Shown here piece after piece: positions 1 to 15,100 of a stretch of DNA of 64,000 nucleotides. The DNA comes from the human T2T-CHM13v2.0 reference genome, Homo sapiens: the NCBI RefSeq assembly GCF_009914755.1, contig NC_060925.1; one strand, written 5' to 3'. Each line of letters opens with the position of its first letter. Positions within the stretch are counted from its first letter, which is position 1. Under the pieces are notes generated by a model that saw nothing but the letters and a program-made list of their open reading frames with translations, ran no database searches and was not told the origin of the DNA. The translations under genes and the position numbers were made by a program.

Positions 1-1066
1 CTCGAATGGAATAATCATTGAACGGAATCGAATGGAATCATCATCGGATGGAAACGAATGGAATCATCATCGAATGGAAATGAAAGGAGTCATCATCTAA
101 TGGAATTGCATGGAATCATCATAAAATGGAATCGAATGGAATCAACATCAAATTGAATCAAATGGAATCATTGAACGGAATTGAATGGAATCGTCATCGA
201 ATAAATTGAATGCAATCATCGAATGGTCTCGAATGGAATCATCTTCAAATGGAATGGAATGGAATCATCGCATAGAATCGAATGGAATTATCATCGAATG
301 GAATCGAATGGAATCAACATCAAACGGAAAAAAACGGAATTATCGAATGGAATCGAAGAGAATCATCGAATGGAACCGAATGGAATCATCTAATGGAATG
401 GAATGGAATAATCCATGGACTCGAATGCAATCATCATCGAATGGAATCGAATGGAATCATCGAATGGACTCGAATGGAATAATCATTGAACAGAATCGAA
501 TGGAATCATCATCGGATGGAAATGAAAGGAGTCATCATCTAATGGAATTGCATGGAATCATCATAAAATGGAATCGAATGGAATCAACATCAAATGGAAT
601 CAAATGGAATCATTGAACGGAATTGAATGGAATCGTCATCGAATGAATTGAATGCAATCATCGAATGGTCTCGAATGGAATCATCTTCAAATGGAATGGA
701 ATGGAATCATCGCATAGAATCGAATGGAATTATCATCGAATGGAATCGAATGGAATCAACATCAAACGGAAAAAAACGGAATTATCGAATGGAATCGAAG
801 AGAATCATCGAATGGACCCGAATGGAATCATCTAATGGAATGGAATGGAATAATCCATGGACTCGAATGCAATCATCATCGAATGGAATCAAATGGAATC
901 ATCGAATGGACTCGAATGGAATAATCATTGAACGGAATCGAATGGAATCATCATCGGATGGAAATGAATGGAATCATCATCGAATGGAATCGAATAGAAT
1001 TATGGAATGAAATCCAGTGTGATCATCATCGAATGGACCCGAATGGAATCATCATCCAACGGATGC

Positions 1067-1077
1067 TAATGGAATCA
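1067..1077 (+). promoter_or_regulatory. DUX4-type motif match TAATGGAATCA (representative; a second at 1910-1920, repeated in most units)
   Basis: The sequence fits the DUX4 consensus TAAYBBAATCA, and DUX4 is reported to bind and activate HSATII. Occupancy at these positions cannot be shown from sequence. Confidence 0.4.
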
Positions 1078-1934
1078 ACATCGAATGAATCAAATGGAAA
1101 CACCATCGAATTGAAACGAATGGAATTACCATGAAATTGAAATGGATGGACTCATCATCGAATGGATTCGAAAGGAATCATCGAATAAAATTGATTGAAA
1201 TCATCATCGAATGGAATCGAATGGTATCATTGAATGGAATCGAATGGAATCATCATCAGATGGAAATGAATGGAATCGTCATAGAATGGAATCGAATGGA
1301 TTCATTGAATGGAATCAGATGGAATCATCGAATGGACTGGAATGGAATCATTGAATGGACTCGAAAGAGATCATGATTGAATGGAATTGAATGGAATCAT
1401 CGAATGGTCTCGATTGGAATCATTATCAAATGGAATCGAATGGAATCACCGAATAGAATCGAATGGAACAATCATCGAATGGACTCAAATGGAATTATCC
1501 TCCAATGGAATCGAATGGAATTATCGAATGAAATCGAATGGAATTATCGAATGCAATCGAATAGAATCATCGAATGGACTCGAATGGAATCATCGAATGG
1601 AATGGAATGGAACAGTCAATGAACTCGAATGGAATCATCATTGAATGGAATCGAATGGAATCATCGAGTGGAATCGAATGGAATTATGATCAAATGGAAT
1701 CGAATGTAATCATCATCAAATGGAATCAAAAATAACCATCATCAATTGGTATTGAATGGAATTGTCATCAAATGGAATTCAAAGGAAACATCATCAAATG
1801 GAACCGAATGGAATCCTCATTGAATGGAAATGAAAGGGGTCATCATCTAATGGAATCGCATGGAATCATCATCAAATGGAATCGAATGGAATCATCATCA
1901 AATGGAATCTAATGGAATCATTGAACAGAATTGA

Positions 1935-4152
1935 ATGGAATCGTCATCGAATGAATTGAATGCAATCATCGAATGGTCTCGAATGGAACCATCTTCTAAT
2001 GGAAAGGAATGGAATCATCGCATAGAATCGAATGGAATTATCATCGAATGGAATCGAATGGTATCAACACCAAACGGAAAAAAACGGAATTATCGAATGG
2101 AATCGAAGAGAATCTTCGAACGGACCCGAATGGAATCATCTAATGGAATGGAATGGAATAATCCATGGACTCGAATGCAATCATCATCGAATGGAATCGA
2201 ATGGAATCATCGAATGGACTCGAATGAAATAATCATTGAACGGAATCGAATGGAATCATCATCGGATGGAAACGAATGGAATCATCATCGAATGGAAATG
2301 AAAGGAGTCATCATCTAATGGAATTGCATGGAATCATCATAAAATGGAATCGAATGGAATCAACATCAAATGGAATCAAATGGAATCATTGAACGGAATT
2401 GAATGGAATCGTCATCGAATAAATTGAATGCAATCATCGAATGGTCTCGAATGGAATCATCTTCAAATGGAATGGAATGGAATCATCGCATAGAATCGAA
2501 TGGAATTATCATCGAATGGAATCGAATGGAATCAACATCAAACGGAAAAAAACGGAATTATCGAATGGAATCGAAGAGAATCATCGAATGGACCCGAATG
2601 GAATCATCGAATGGAATGGAATGGAATAATCCATGGACTCGAATGCAATCATCATCGAATGGAATCGAATGGAATCATCGAATGGACTCGAATGGAATAA
2701 TCATTGAACAGAATCGAATGGAATCATCATCGGATGGAAATGAAAGGAGTCATCATCTAATGGAATTGCATGGAATCATCATAAAATGGAATCGAATGGA
2801 ATCAACATCAAATGGAATCAAATGGAATCACTGAACGGAATTGAATGGAATCGTCATCGAATGAATTGAATGCAATCATCGAATGGTCTCGAATGGAATC
2901 ACCTTCAAATGGAATGGAATGGAATCATCGCATAGAATCGAATGGAATTATCATCGAATGGAATCGAATGGAATCAACATCAAACGGAAAAAAACGGAAT
3001 TATCGAATGGAATCGAAGAGAATCATCGAATGGACCCGAATGGAATCATCTAATGGAATGGAATGGAATAATCCATGGACTCGAATGCAATCATCATCGA
3101 ATGGAATCGAATGGAATCATCCAATGGACTCGAATGGAATAATCATTGAACGGAATCGAATGGAATCATCATCGGATGGAAATGAATGGAATCATCATCG
3201 AATGGAATCGAATAGAATTATGGAATGAAATCCAGTGTGATCATCATCGAATGGACCCGAATGGAATCATCATCCAACGGATGCTAATGGAATCAACATC
3301 GAATGAATCAAATGGAAACACCATCGAATTGAAACGAATGGAATTACCATGAAATTGAAATGGATGGACTCATCATCGAATGGATTTGAAAGGAATCATC
3401 GAATAAAATTGATTGAAATCATCATCGAATGGAATCGAATGGTATCATTGAATGGAATCGAATGGAATCATCATCAGATGGAAATGAATGGAATCGTCAT
3501 AGAATGGAATCGAATGGATTCATTGAATGGAATCAGATGGAATCATCGAATGGACTGGAATGGAATCATTGAATGGACTCGAAAGAGATCATGATTGAAT
3601 GGAATTGAATGGAATCATCGAATGGTCTCGATTGGAATCATTATCAAATGGAATCGAATGGAATCACCGAATAGAATCGAATGGAACAATCATCGAATGG
3701 ACTCAAATGGAATTATCCTCCAATGGAATCGAATGGAATTATCGAATGCAATCGAATGGAATTATCGAATGCAAACGAATAGAATCATCGAATGGACTCG
3801 AATGGAATCATCGAATGGAATGGAATGGAACAGTCAATGAACTCGAATGGAATCATCATTGAATGGAATCGAATGGAATCATCGAGTGGAATCGAATGGA
3901 ATTATGATCAAATGGAATCGAATGTAATCATCATCAAATGGAATCAAAAATAACCATCATCAATTGGTATTGAATGGAATTGTCATCAAATGGAATTCAA
4001 AGGAAACATCATCAAATGGAACCGAATGGAATCCTCATTGAATGGAAATGAAAGGGGTCATCATCTAATGGAATCGCATGGAATCATCATCAAATGGAAT
4101 CGAATGGAATCATCATGAAATGGAATCTAATGGAATCATTGAACAGAATTGA
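1935..4152 (+). repeat. Representative 2218-bp unit (468 + 442 + 1308 bp)
   Basis: The module start ATGGAATCGTCATCGAAT occurs at 1935, 2403, 2845 and 4153. Confidence 0.92.
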
Positions 4153-7100
4153 ATGGAATCGTCATCGAATGAATTGAATGCAATCATCGAATGGTCTCGA
4201 ATGGAACCATCTTCTAATGGAAAGGAATGGAATCATCGCATAGAATCGAATGGAATTATCATCGAATGGAATCGAATGGTATCAACACCAAACGGAAAAA
4301 AACGGAATTATCGAATGGAATCGAAGAGAATCTTCGAACGGACCCGAATGGAATCATCTAATGGAATGGAATGGAATAATCCATGGACTCGAATGCAATC
4401 ATCATCGAATGGAATCGAATGGAATCATCGAATGGACTCGAATGGAATAATCATTGAACGGAATCGAATGGAATCATCATCGGATGGAAACGAATGGAAT
4501 CATCATCGAATGGAAATGAAAGGAGTCATCATCTAATGGAATTGCATGGAATCATCATAAAATGGAATCGAATGGAATCAACATCAAATTGAATCAAATG
4601 GAATCATTGAACGGAATTGAATGGAATCGTCATCGAATAAATTGAATGCAATCATCGAATGGTCTCGAATGGAATCATCTTCAAATGGAATGGAATGGAA
4701 TCATCGCATAGAATCGAATGGAATTATCATCGAATGGAATCGAATGGAATCAACATCAAACGGAAAAAAACGGAATTATCGAATGGAATCGAAGAGAATC
4801 ATCGAATGGAACCGAATGGAATCATCTAATGGAATGGAATGGAATAATCCATGGACTCGAATGCAATCATCATCGAATGGAATCGAATGGAATCATCGAA
4901 TGGACTCGAATGGAATAATCATTGAACAGAATCGAATGGAATCATCATCGGATGGAAATGAAAGGAGTCATCATCTAATGGAATTGCATGGAATCATCAT
5001 AAAATGGAATCGAATGGAATCAACATCAAATGGAATCAAATGGAATCATTGAACGGAATTGAATGGAATCGTCATCGAATGAATTGAATGCAATCATCGA
5101 ATGGTCTCGAATGGAATCATCTTCAAATGGAATGGAATGGAATCATCGCATAGAATCGAATGGAATTATCATCGAATGGAATCGAATGGAATCAACATCA
5201 AACGGAAAAAAACGGAATTATCGAATGGAATCGAAGAGAATCATCGAATGGACCCGAATGGAATCATCTAATGGAATGGAATGGAATAATCCATGGACTC
5301 GAATGCAATCATCATCGAATGGAATCGAATGGAATCATCCAATGGACTCGAATGGAATAATCATTGAACGGAATCGAATGGAATCATCATCGGATGGAAA
5401 TGAATGGAATCATCATCGAATGGAATCGAATAGAATTATGGAATGAAATCCAGTGTGATCATCATCGAATGGACCCGAATGGAATCATCATCCAACGGAT
5501 GCTAATGGAATCAACATCGAATGAATCAAATGGAAACACCATCGAATTGAAACGAATGGAATTACCATGAAATTGAAATGGATGGACTCATCATCGAATG
5601 GATTTGAAAGGAATCATCGAATAAAATTGATTGAAATCATCATCGAATGGAATCGAATGGTATCATTGAATGGAATCGAATGGAATCATCATCAGATGGA
5701 AATGAATGGAATCGTCATAGAATGGAATCGAATGGATTCATTGAATGGAATCAGATGGAATCATCGAATGGACTGGAATGGAATCATTGAATGGACTCGA
5801 AAGACATCATGATTGAATGGAATTGAATGGAATCATCGAATGGTCTCGATTGGAATCATTATCAAATGGAATCGAATGGAATCACCGAATAGAATCGAAT
5901 GGAACAATCATCGAATGGACTCAAATGGAATTATCCTCCAATGGAATCGAATGGAATTATCGAATGCAATCGAATGGAATTATCGAAAGCAAACGAATAG
6001 AATCATCGAATGGACTCGAATGGAATCATCGAATGGAATGGAATGGAACAGTCAATGAACTCGAATGGAATCATCATTGAATGGAATCGAATGGAATCAT
6101 CGAGTGGAATCGAATGGAATTATGATCAAATGGAATCGAATGTAATCATCATCAAATGGAATCAAAAATAACCATCATCAATTGGTATTGAATGGAATTG
6201 TCATCAAATGGAATTCAAAGGAAACATCATCAAATGGAACCGAATGGAATCCTCATTGAATGGAAATGAAAGGGGTCATCATCTAATGGAATCGCATGGA
6301 ATCATCATCAAATGGAATCGAATGGAATCATCATGAAATGGAATCTAATGGAATCATTGAACAGAATTGAATGGAATCGTCATCGAATGAATTGAATGCA
6401 ATCATCGAATGGTCTCGAATGGAACCATCTTCTAATGGAAAGGAATGGAATCATCGCATAGAATCGAATGGAATTATCATCGAATGGAATCGAATGGTAT
6501 CAACACCAAACGGAAAAAAACGGAATTATCGAATGGAATCGAAGAGAATCTTCGAACGGACCCGAATGGAATCATCTAATGGAATGGAATGGAATAATCC
6601 ATGGACTCGAATGCAATCATCATCGAATGGAATCGAATGGAATCATCGAATGGACTCGAATGGAATAATCATTGAACGGAATCGAATGGAATCATCATCG
6701 GATGGAAACGAATGGAATCATCATCGAATGGAAATGAAAGGAGTCATCATCTAATGGAATTGCATGGAATCATCATAAAATGGAATCGAATGGAATCAAC
6801 ATCAAATGGAATCAAATGGAATCATTGAACGGAATTGAATGGAATCGTCATCGAATGAATTGACTGCAATCATCGAATGGTCTCGAATGGAATCATCTTC
6901 AAATGGAATGGAATGGAATCATCGCATAGAATCGAATGGAATTATCATCGAATGGAATCGAATGGAATCAACATCAAACGGAAAAAAACGGAATTATCGA
7001 ATGGAATCGAAGAGAATCATCGAATGGACCCGAATGGAATCATCTAATGGAATGGAATGGAATAATCCATGGACTCGAATGCAATCATCATCGAATGGAA

Positions 7101-8588
7101 TCGAATGGAATCATCGAATGGACTCGAATGGAATAATCATTGAACGGAATCGAATGGAATCATCATCGGATGGAAATGAAAGGAGTCATCATCTAATGGA
7201 ATTGCATGGAATCATCATAAAATGGAATCGAATGGAATCAACATCAAATGGAATCAAATGGAATCATTGAACGGAATTGAATGGAATCGTCATCGAATGA
7301 ATTGAATGCAATCATAGAATGGTCTCGAATGGAATCATCTTCAAATGGAATGGAATGGAATCATCGCATAGAATCGAATGGAATTATCATCGAATGGAAT
7401 CGAATGGAATCAACATCAAACGGAAAAAAACGGAATTATCGAATGGAATCGAAGAGAATCATCGAATGGACCCGAATGGAATCATCTAATGGAATGGAAT
7501 GGAATAATCCATGGACTCGAATGCAATCATCATCGAATGGAATCAAATGGAATCATCGAATGGACTCGAATGGAATAATCATTGAACGGAATCGAATGGA
7601 ATCATCATCGGATGGAAATGAATGGAATCATCATCGAATGGAATCGAATAGAATTATGGAATGAAATCCAGTGTGATCATCATCGAATGGACCCGAATGG
7701 AATCATCATCCAACGGATGCTAATGGAATCAACATCGAATGAATCAAATGGAAACACCATCGAATTGAAACGAATGGAATTACCATGAAATTGAAATGGA
7801 TGGACTCATCATCGAATGTATTCAAAAGGAATCATCGAATAAAATTGATTGAAATCATCATCGAATGGAATCGAATGGTATCATTGAATGGAATCGAATG
7901 GAATCATCATCAGATGGAAATGAATGGAATCGTCATAGAATGGAATCGAATGGATTCATTGAATGGAATCAGATGGAATCATCGAATGGACTGGAATGGA
8001 ATCATTGAATGGACACGAAAGAGATCATGATTGAATGGAATTGAATGGAATCATCGAATGGTCTCGATTGGAATCATTATCAAATGGAATCGAATGGAAT
8101 CACCGAATAGAATCGAATGGAACAATCATCGAATGGACTCAAATGGAATTATCCTCCAATGGAATCGAATGGAATTATCGAATGCAATCGAATGGAATTA
8201 TCGAATGCAATCGAATAGAATCATCGAATGGACTCGAATGGAATCATCGAATGGAATGGAATGGAACAGTCAATGAACTCGAATGGAATCATCATTGAAT
8301 GGAATCGAATGGAATCATCGAGTGGAATCGAATGGAATTATGATCAAATGGAATCGAATGTAATCATCATCAAATGGAATCAAAAATAACCATCATCAAT
8401 TGGTATTGAATGGAATTGTCATCAAATGGAATTCAAAGGAAACATCATCAAATGGAACCGAATGGAATCCTCATTGAATGGAAATGAAAGGGGTCATCAT
8501 CTAATGGAATCGCATGGAATCATCATCAAATGGAATCGAATGGAATCATCATCAAATGAAATCTAATGGAATCATTGAACAGAATTGA

Positions 8589-10364
8589 ATGGAATCGTCA
8601 TCGAATGAATTGAATGCAATCATCGAATGGTCTCGAATGGAACCATCTTCTAATGGAAAGGAATGGAATCATCGCATAGAATCGAATGGAATTGTCATCG
8701 AATGGAATCGAATGGTATCAACACCAAACGGAAAAAAACGGAATTATCGAATGGAATCGAAGAGAATCTTCGAACGGACCCGAATGGAATCATCTAATGG
8801 AATGGAATGGAATAATCCATGGACTCGAATGCAATCATCATCGAATGGAATCGAATGGAATCATCGAATGGACTCGAATGAAATAATCATTGAACGGAAT
8901 CGAATGGAATCATCATCGGATGGAAACGAATGGAATCATCATCGAATGGAAATGAAAGGAGTCATCATCTAATGGAATTGCATGGAATCATCATAAAATG
9001 GAATCGAATGGAATCAACATCAAATGGAATCAAATGGAATCATTGAACGGAATTGAATGGAATCGTCATCGAATGAATTGAATGCAATCATCGAATGGTC
9101 TCGAATGGAATCATCTTCAAATGGAATGGAATGGAATCATCGCATAGAATCGAATGGAATTATCATCGAATGGAATCGAATGGAATCAACATCAAACGGA
9201 AAAAAACGGAATTATCGAATGGAATCGAAGAGAATCATCGAATGGACCCGAATGGAATCATCTAATGGAATGGAATGGAATAATCCATGGACTCGAATGC
9301 AATCATCATCGAATGGAATCGAATGGAATCATCCAATGGACTCGAATGGAATAATCATTGAACGGAATCGAATGGAATCATCATCGGATGGAAATGAATA
9401 GAATCATCATCGAATGGAATCGAATAGAATTATGGAATGAAATCCAGTGTGATCATCATCGAATGGACCCGAATGGAATCATCATCCAACGGATGCTAAT
9501 GGAATCAACATCGAATGAATCAAATGGAAACACCATCGAATTGAAACGAATGGAATTACCATGAAATTGAAATGGATGGACTCATCATCGAATGGATTTG
9601 AAAGGAATCATCGAATAAAATTGATTGAAATCATCATCGAATGGAATCGAATGGTATCATTGAATGGAATCGAATGGAATCATCATCAGATGGAAATGAA
9701 TGGAATCGTCATAGAATGGAATCGAATGGATTCATTGAATGGAATCAGATGGAATCATCGAATGGACTGGAATGGAATCATTGAATGGACTCGAAAGAGA
9801 TCATGATTGAATGGAATTGAATGGAATCATCGAATGGTCTCGATTGGAATCATTATCAAATGGAATCGAATGGAATCACCGAATAGAATCGAATGGAACA
9901 ATCATCGAATGGACTCAAATGGAATTATCCTCCAATGGAATCGAATGGAATTATCGAATGCAATCGAATGGAATTATCGAATGCAATCGAATAGAATCAT
10001 CGAATGGACTCGAATGGAATCATCGAATGGAATGGAATGGAACAGTCAATGAACTCGAATGGAATCATCATTGAATGGAATCGAATGGAATCATCGAGTG
10101 GAATCGAATGGAATTATGATCAAATGGAATCGAATGTAATCATCATCAAATGGAATCAAAAATAACCATCATCAATTGGTATTGAATGGAATTGTCATCA
10201 AATGGAATTCAAAGGAAACATCATCAAATGGAACCGAATGGAATCCTCATTGAATGGAAATGAAAGGGGTCATCATCTAATGGAATCGCATGGAATCATC
10301 ATCAAATGGAATCGAATGGAATCATCATCAAATGGAATCTAATGGAATCATTGAACAGAATTGA
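8589..10364 (+). repeat. Representative 1776-bp unit (468 + 1308 bp)
   Basis: Module starts at 8589, 9057 and 10365. Confidence 0.92.
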
Positions 10365-12114
10365 ATGGAATCGTCATCGAATGAATTGAATGCAATCATC
10401 GAATGGTCTCGAATGGAACCATCTTCTAATGGAAAGGAATGGAATCATCGCATAGAATCGAATGGAATTATCATCGAATGGAATCGAATGGTATCAACAC
10501 CAAACGGAAAAAAACGGAATTATCGAATGGAATCGAAGAGAATCTTCGAACGGACCCGAATGGAATCATCTAATGGAATGGAATGGAATAATCCATGGAC
10601 TCGAATGCAATGATCATCGAATGGAATCGAATGGAATCATCGAATGGACTCGAATGAAATAATCATTGAACGGAATCGAATGGAATCATCATCGGATGGA
10701 AATGAAAGGAGTCATCATCTAATGGAATTGCATGGAATCATCATAAAATGGAATCGAATGGAATCAACATCAAATGGAATCAAATGGAATCATTGAACGG
10801 AATTGAATGGAATCGTCATCGAATGAATTGAATGCAATCATCGAATGGTCTCGAATGGAATCATCTTCAAATGGAATGGAATGGAATCATCGCATAGAAT
10901 CGAATGGAATTATCATCGAATGGAATCGAATGGAATCAACATCAAACGGAAAAAAACGGAATTATCGAATGGAATCGAAGAGAATCATCGAATGGACCCG
11001 AATGGAATCATCTAATGGAATGGAATGGAATAATCCATGGACTCGAATGCAATCATCATCGAATGGAATCGAATGGAATCATCCAATGGACTCGAATGGA
11101 ATAATCATTGAACGGAATCGAATGGAATCAACATCGGATGGAAATGAATGGAATCATCATCGAATGGAATCGAATAGAATTATGGAATGAAATCCAGTGT
11201 GATCATCATCGAATGGACCCGAATGGAATCATCATCCAACGGATGCTAATGGAATCAACATCGAATGAATCAAATGGAAACACCATCGAATTGAAACGAA
11301 TGGAATTACCATGAAATTGAAATGGATGGACTCATCATCGAATGGATTTGAAAGTAATCATCGAATAAAATTGATTGAAATCATCATCGAATGGAATCGA
11401 ATGGTATCATTGAATGGAATCGAATGGAATCATCATCAGATGGAAATGAATGGAATCGTCATAGAATGGAATCGAATGGATTCATTGAATGGAATCAGAT
11501 GGAATCATCGAATGGACTGGAATGGAATCATTGAATGGACTCGAAAGAGATCATGATTGAATGGAATTGAATGGAATCATCGAATGGTCTCGATTGGAAT
11601 CATTATCAAATGGAATCGAATGGAATCACCGAATAGAATCGAATGGAACAATCATCGAATGGACTCAAATGGAATTATCCTCCAATGGAATCGAATGGAA
11701 TTATCGAATGCAATCGAATGGAATTATCGAATGCAATCGAATAGAATCATCGAATGGACTCGAATGGAATCATCGAATGGAATGGAATGGAACAGTCAAT
11801 GAACTCGAATGGAATCATCATTGAATGGAATCGAATGGAATCATCGAGTGGAATCGAATGGAATTATGATCAAATGGAATCGAATGTAATCATCATCAAA
11901 TGGAATCAAAAATAACCATCATCAATTGGTATTGAATGGAATTGTCATCAAATGGAATTCAAAGGAAACATCATCAAATGGAACCGAATGGAATCCTCAT
12001 TGAATGGAAATGAAAGGGGTCATCATCTAATGGAATCGCATGGAATCATCATCAAATGGAATCGAATGGAATCATCATCAAATGGAATCTAATGGAATCA
12101 TTGAACAGAATTGA
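10365..12114 (+). repeat. Representative 1750-bp unit (442 + 1308 bp)
   Basis: Module starts at 10365, 10807 and 12115. The first module lacks the 26-mer CGAATGGAATCATCATCGAATGGAAA. Confidence 0.92.
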
Positions 12115-15100
12115 ATGGAATCGTCATCGAATGAATTGAATGCAATCATCGAATGGTCTCGAATGGAACCATCTTCTAATGGAAAGGAATGGAATCATCG
12201 CATAGAATCGAATGGAATTATCATCGAATGGAATCGAATGGTATCAACACCAAACGGAAAAAAACGGAATTATCGAATGGAATCGAAGAGAATCTTCGAA
12301 CGGACCCGAATGGAATCATCTAATGGAATGGAATGGAATAATCCATGGACTCGAATGCAATCATCATCGAATGGAATCGAATGGAATCATCGAATGGACT
12401 CGAATGGAATAATCATTGAACGGAATCGAATGGAATCATCATCGGATGGAAACGAATGGAATCATCATCGAATGGAAATGAAAGGAGTCATCATCTAATG
12501 GAATTGCATGGAATCATCATAAAATGGAATCGAATGGAATCAACATCAAATTGAATCAAATGGAATCATTGAACGGAATTGAATGGAATCGTCATCGAAT
12601 AAATTGAATGCAATCATCGAATGGTCTCGAATGGAATCATCTTCAAATGGAATGGAATGGAATCATCGCATAGAATCGAATGGAATTATCATCGAATGGA
12701 ATCGAATGGAATCAACATCAAACGGAAAAAAACGGAATTATCGAATGGAATCGAAGAGAATCATCGAATGGAACCGAATGGAATCATCTAATGGAATGGA
12801 ATGGAATAATCCATGGACTCGAATGCAATCATCATCGAATGGAATCGAATGGAATCATCGAATGGACTCGAATGGAATAATCATTGAACAGAATCGAATG
12901 GAATCATCATCGGATGGAAATGAAAGGAGTCATCATCTAATGGAATTGCATGGAATCATCATAAAATGGAATCGAATGGAATCAACATCAAATGGAATCA
13001 AATGGAATCATTGAACGGAATTGAATGGAATCGTCATCGAATGAATTGAATGCAATCATCGAATGGTCTCGAATGGAATCATCTTCAAATGGAATGGAAT
13101 GGAATCATCGCATAGAATCGAATGGAATTATCATCGAATGGAATCGAATGGAATCAACATCAAACGGAAAAAAACGGAATTATCGAATGGAATCGAAGAG
13201 AATCATCGAATGGACCCGAATGGAATCATCTAATGGAATGGAATGGAATAATCCATGGACTCGAATGCAATCATCATCGAATGGAATCGAATGGAATCAT
13301 CGAATGGACTCGAATGGAATAATCATTGAACGGAATCGAATGGAATCATCATCGGATGGAAATGAATGGAATCATCATCGAATGGAATCGAATAGAATTA
13401 TGGAATGAAATCCAGTGTGATCATCATCGAATGGACCCGAATGGAATCATCATCCAACGGATGCTAATGGAATCAACATCGAATGAATCAAATGGAAACA
13501 CCATCGAATTGAAACGAATGGAATTACCATGAAATTGAAATGGATGGACTCATCATCGAATGTATTCGAAAGGAATCATCGAATAAAATTGATTGAAATC
13601 ATCATCGAATGGAATCGAATGGTATCATTGAATGGAATCGAATGGAATCATCATCAGATGGAAATGAATGGAATCGTCATAGAATGGAATCGAATGGATT
13701 CATTGAATGGAATCAGATGGAATCATCGAATGGACTGGAATGGAATCATTGAATGGACTCGAAAGAGATCATGATTGAATGGAATTGAATGGAATCATCG
13801 AATGGTCTCGATTGGAATCATTATCAAATGGAATCGAATGGAATCACCGAATAGAATCGAATGGAACAATCATCGAATGGACTCAAATGGAATTATCCTC
13901 CAATGGAATCGAATGGAATTATCGAATGCAATCGAATGGAATTATCGAATGCAATCGAATAGAATCATCGAATGGACTCGAATGGAATCATCGAATGGAA
14001 TGGAATGGAACAGTCAATGAACTCGAATGGAATCATCATTGAATGGAATCGAATGGAATCATCGAGTGGAATCGAATGGAATTATGATCAAATGGAATCG
14101 AATGTAATCATCATCAAATGGAATCAAAAATAACCATCATCAATTGGTATTGAATGGAATTGTCATCAAATGGAATTCAAAGGAAACATCATCAAATGGA
14201 ACCGAATGGAATCCTCATTGAATGGAAATGAAAGGGGTCATCATCTAATGGAATCGCATGGAATCATCATAAAATGGAATCGAATGGAATCATCATGAAA
14301 TGGAATCTAATGGAATCATTGAACAGAATTGAATGGAATCGTCATCGAATGAATTGAATGCAATCATCGAATGGTCTCGAATGGAACCATCTTCTAATGG
14401 AAAGGAATGGAATCATCGCATAGAATCGAATGGAATTATCATCGAATGGAATCGAATGGTATCAACACCAAACGGAAAAAAACGGAATTATCGAATGGAA
14501 TCGAAGAGAATCTTCGAACGGACCCGAATGGAATCATCTAATGGAATGGAATGGAATAATCCATGGACTCGAATGCAATCATCATCGAATGGAATCGAAT
14601 GGAATCATCGAATGGACTCGAATGGAATAATCATTGAACGGAATCGAATGGAATCATCATCGGATGGAAACGAATGGAATCATCATCGAATGGAAATGAA
14701 AGGAGTCATCATCTAATAGAATTGCATGGAATCATCATAAAATGGAATCGAATGGAATCAACATCAAATGGAATCAAATGGAATCATTGAACGGAATTGA
14801 ATGGAATCGTCATCGAATGAATTGACTGCAATCATCGAATGGTCTCGAATGGAATCATCTTCAAATGGAATGGAATGGAATCATCGCATAGAATCGAATG
14901 GAATTATCATCGAATGGAATCGAATGGAATCAACATCAAACGGAAAAAAACGGAATTATCGAATGGAATCGAAGAGAATCATCGAATGGACCCGAATGGA
15001 ATCATCTAATGGAATGGAATGGAATAATCCATGGACTCGAATGCAATCATCATCGAATGGAATCGAATGGAATCATCGAATGGACTCGAATGGAATAATC

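Noticed and set aside
1184-1189. AATAAA once per unit as a polyadenylation signal
   Set aside because: There is no GU/U-rich downstream element on this strand and no transcript evidence; such a hexamer is expected by chance in A-rich sequence.
2109-2121. Possible heat-shock element AGAATCTTCGAAC in first modules
   Set aside because: Only two inverted nGAAn units are present, whereas a canonical HSE needs three. The HSF1 stress-body association is established for HSat3 rather than this repeat.
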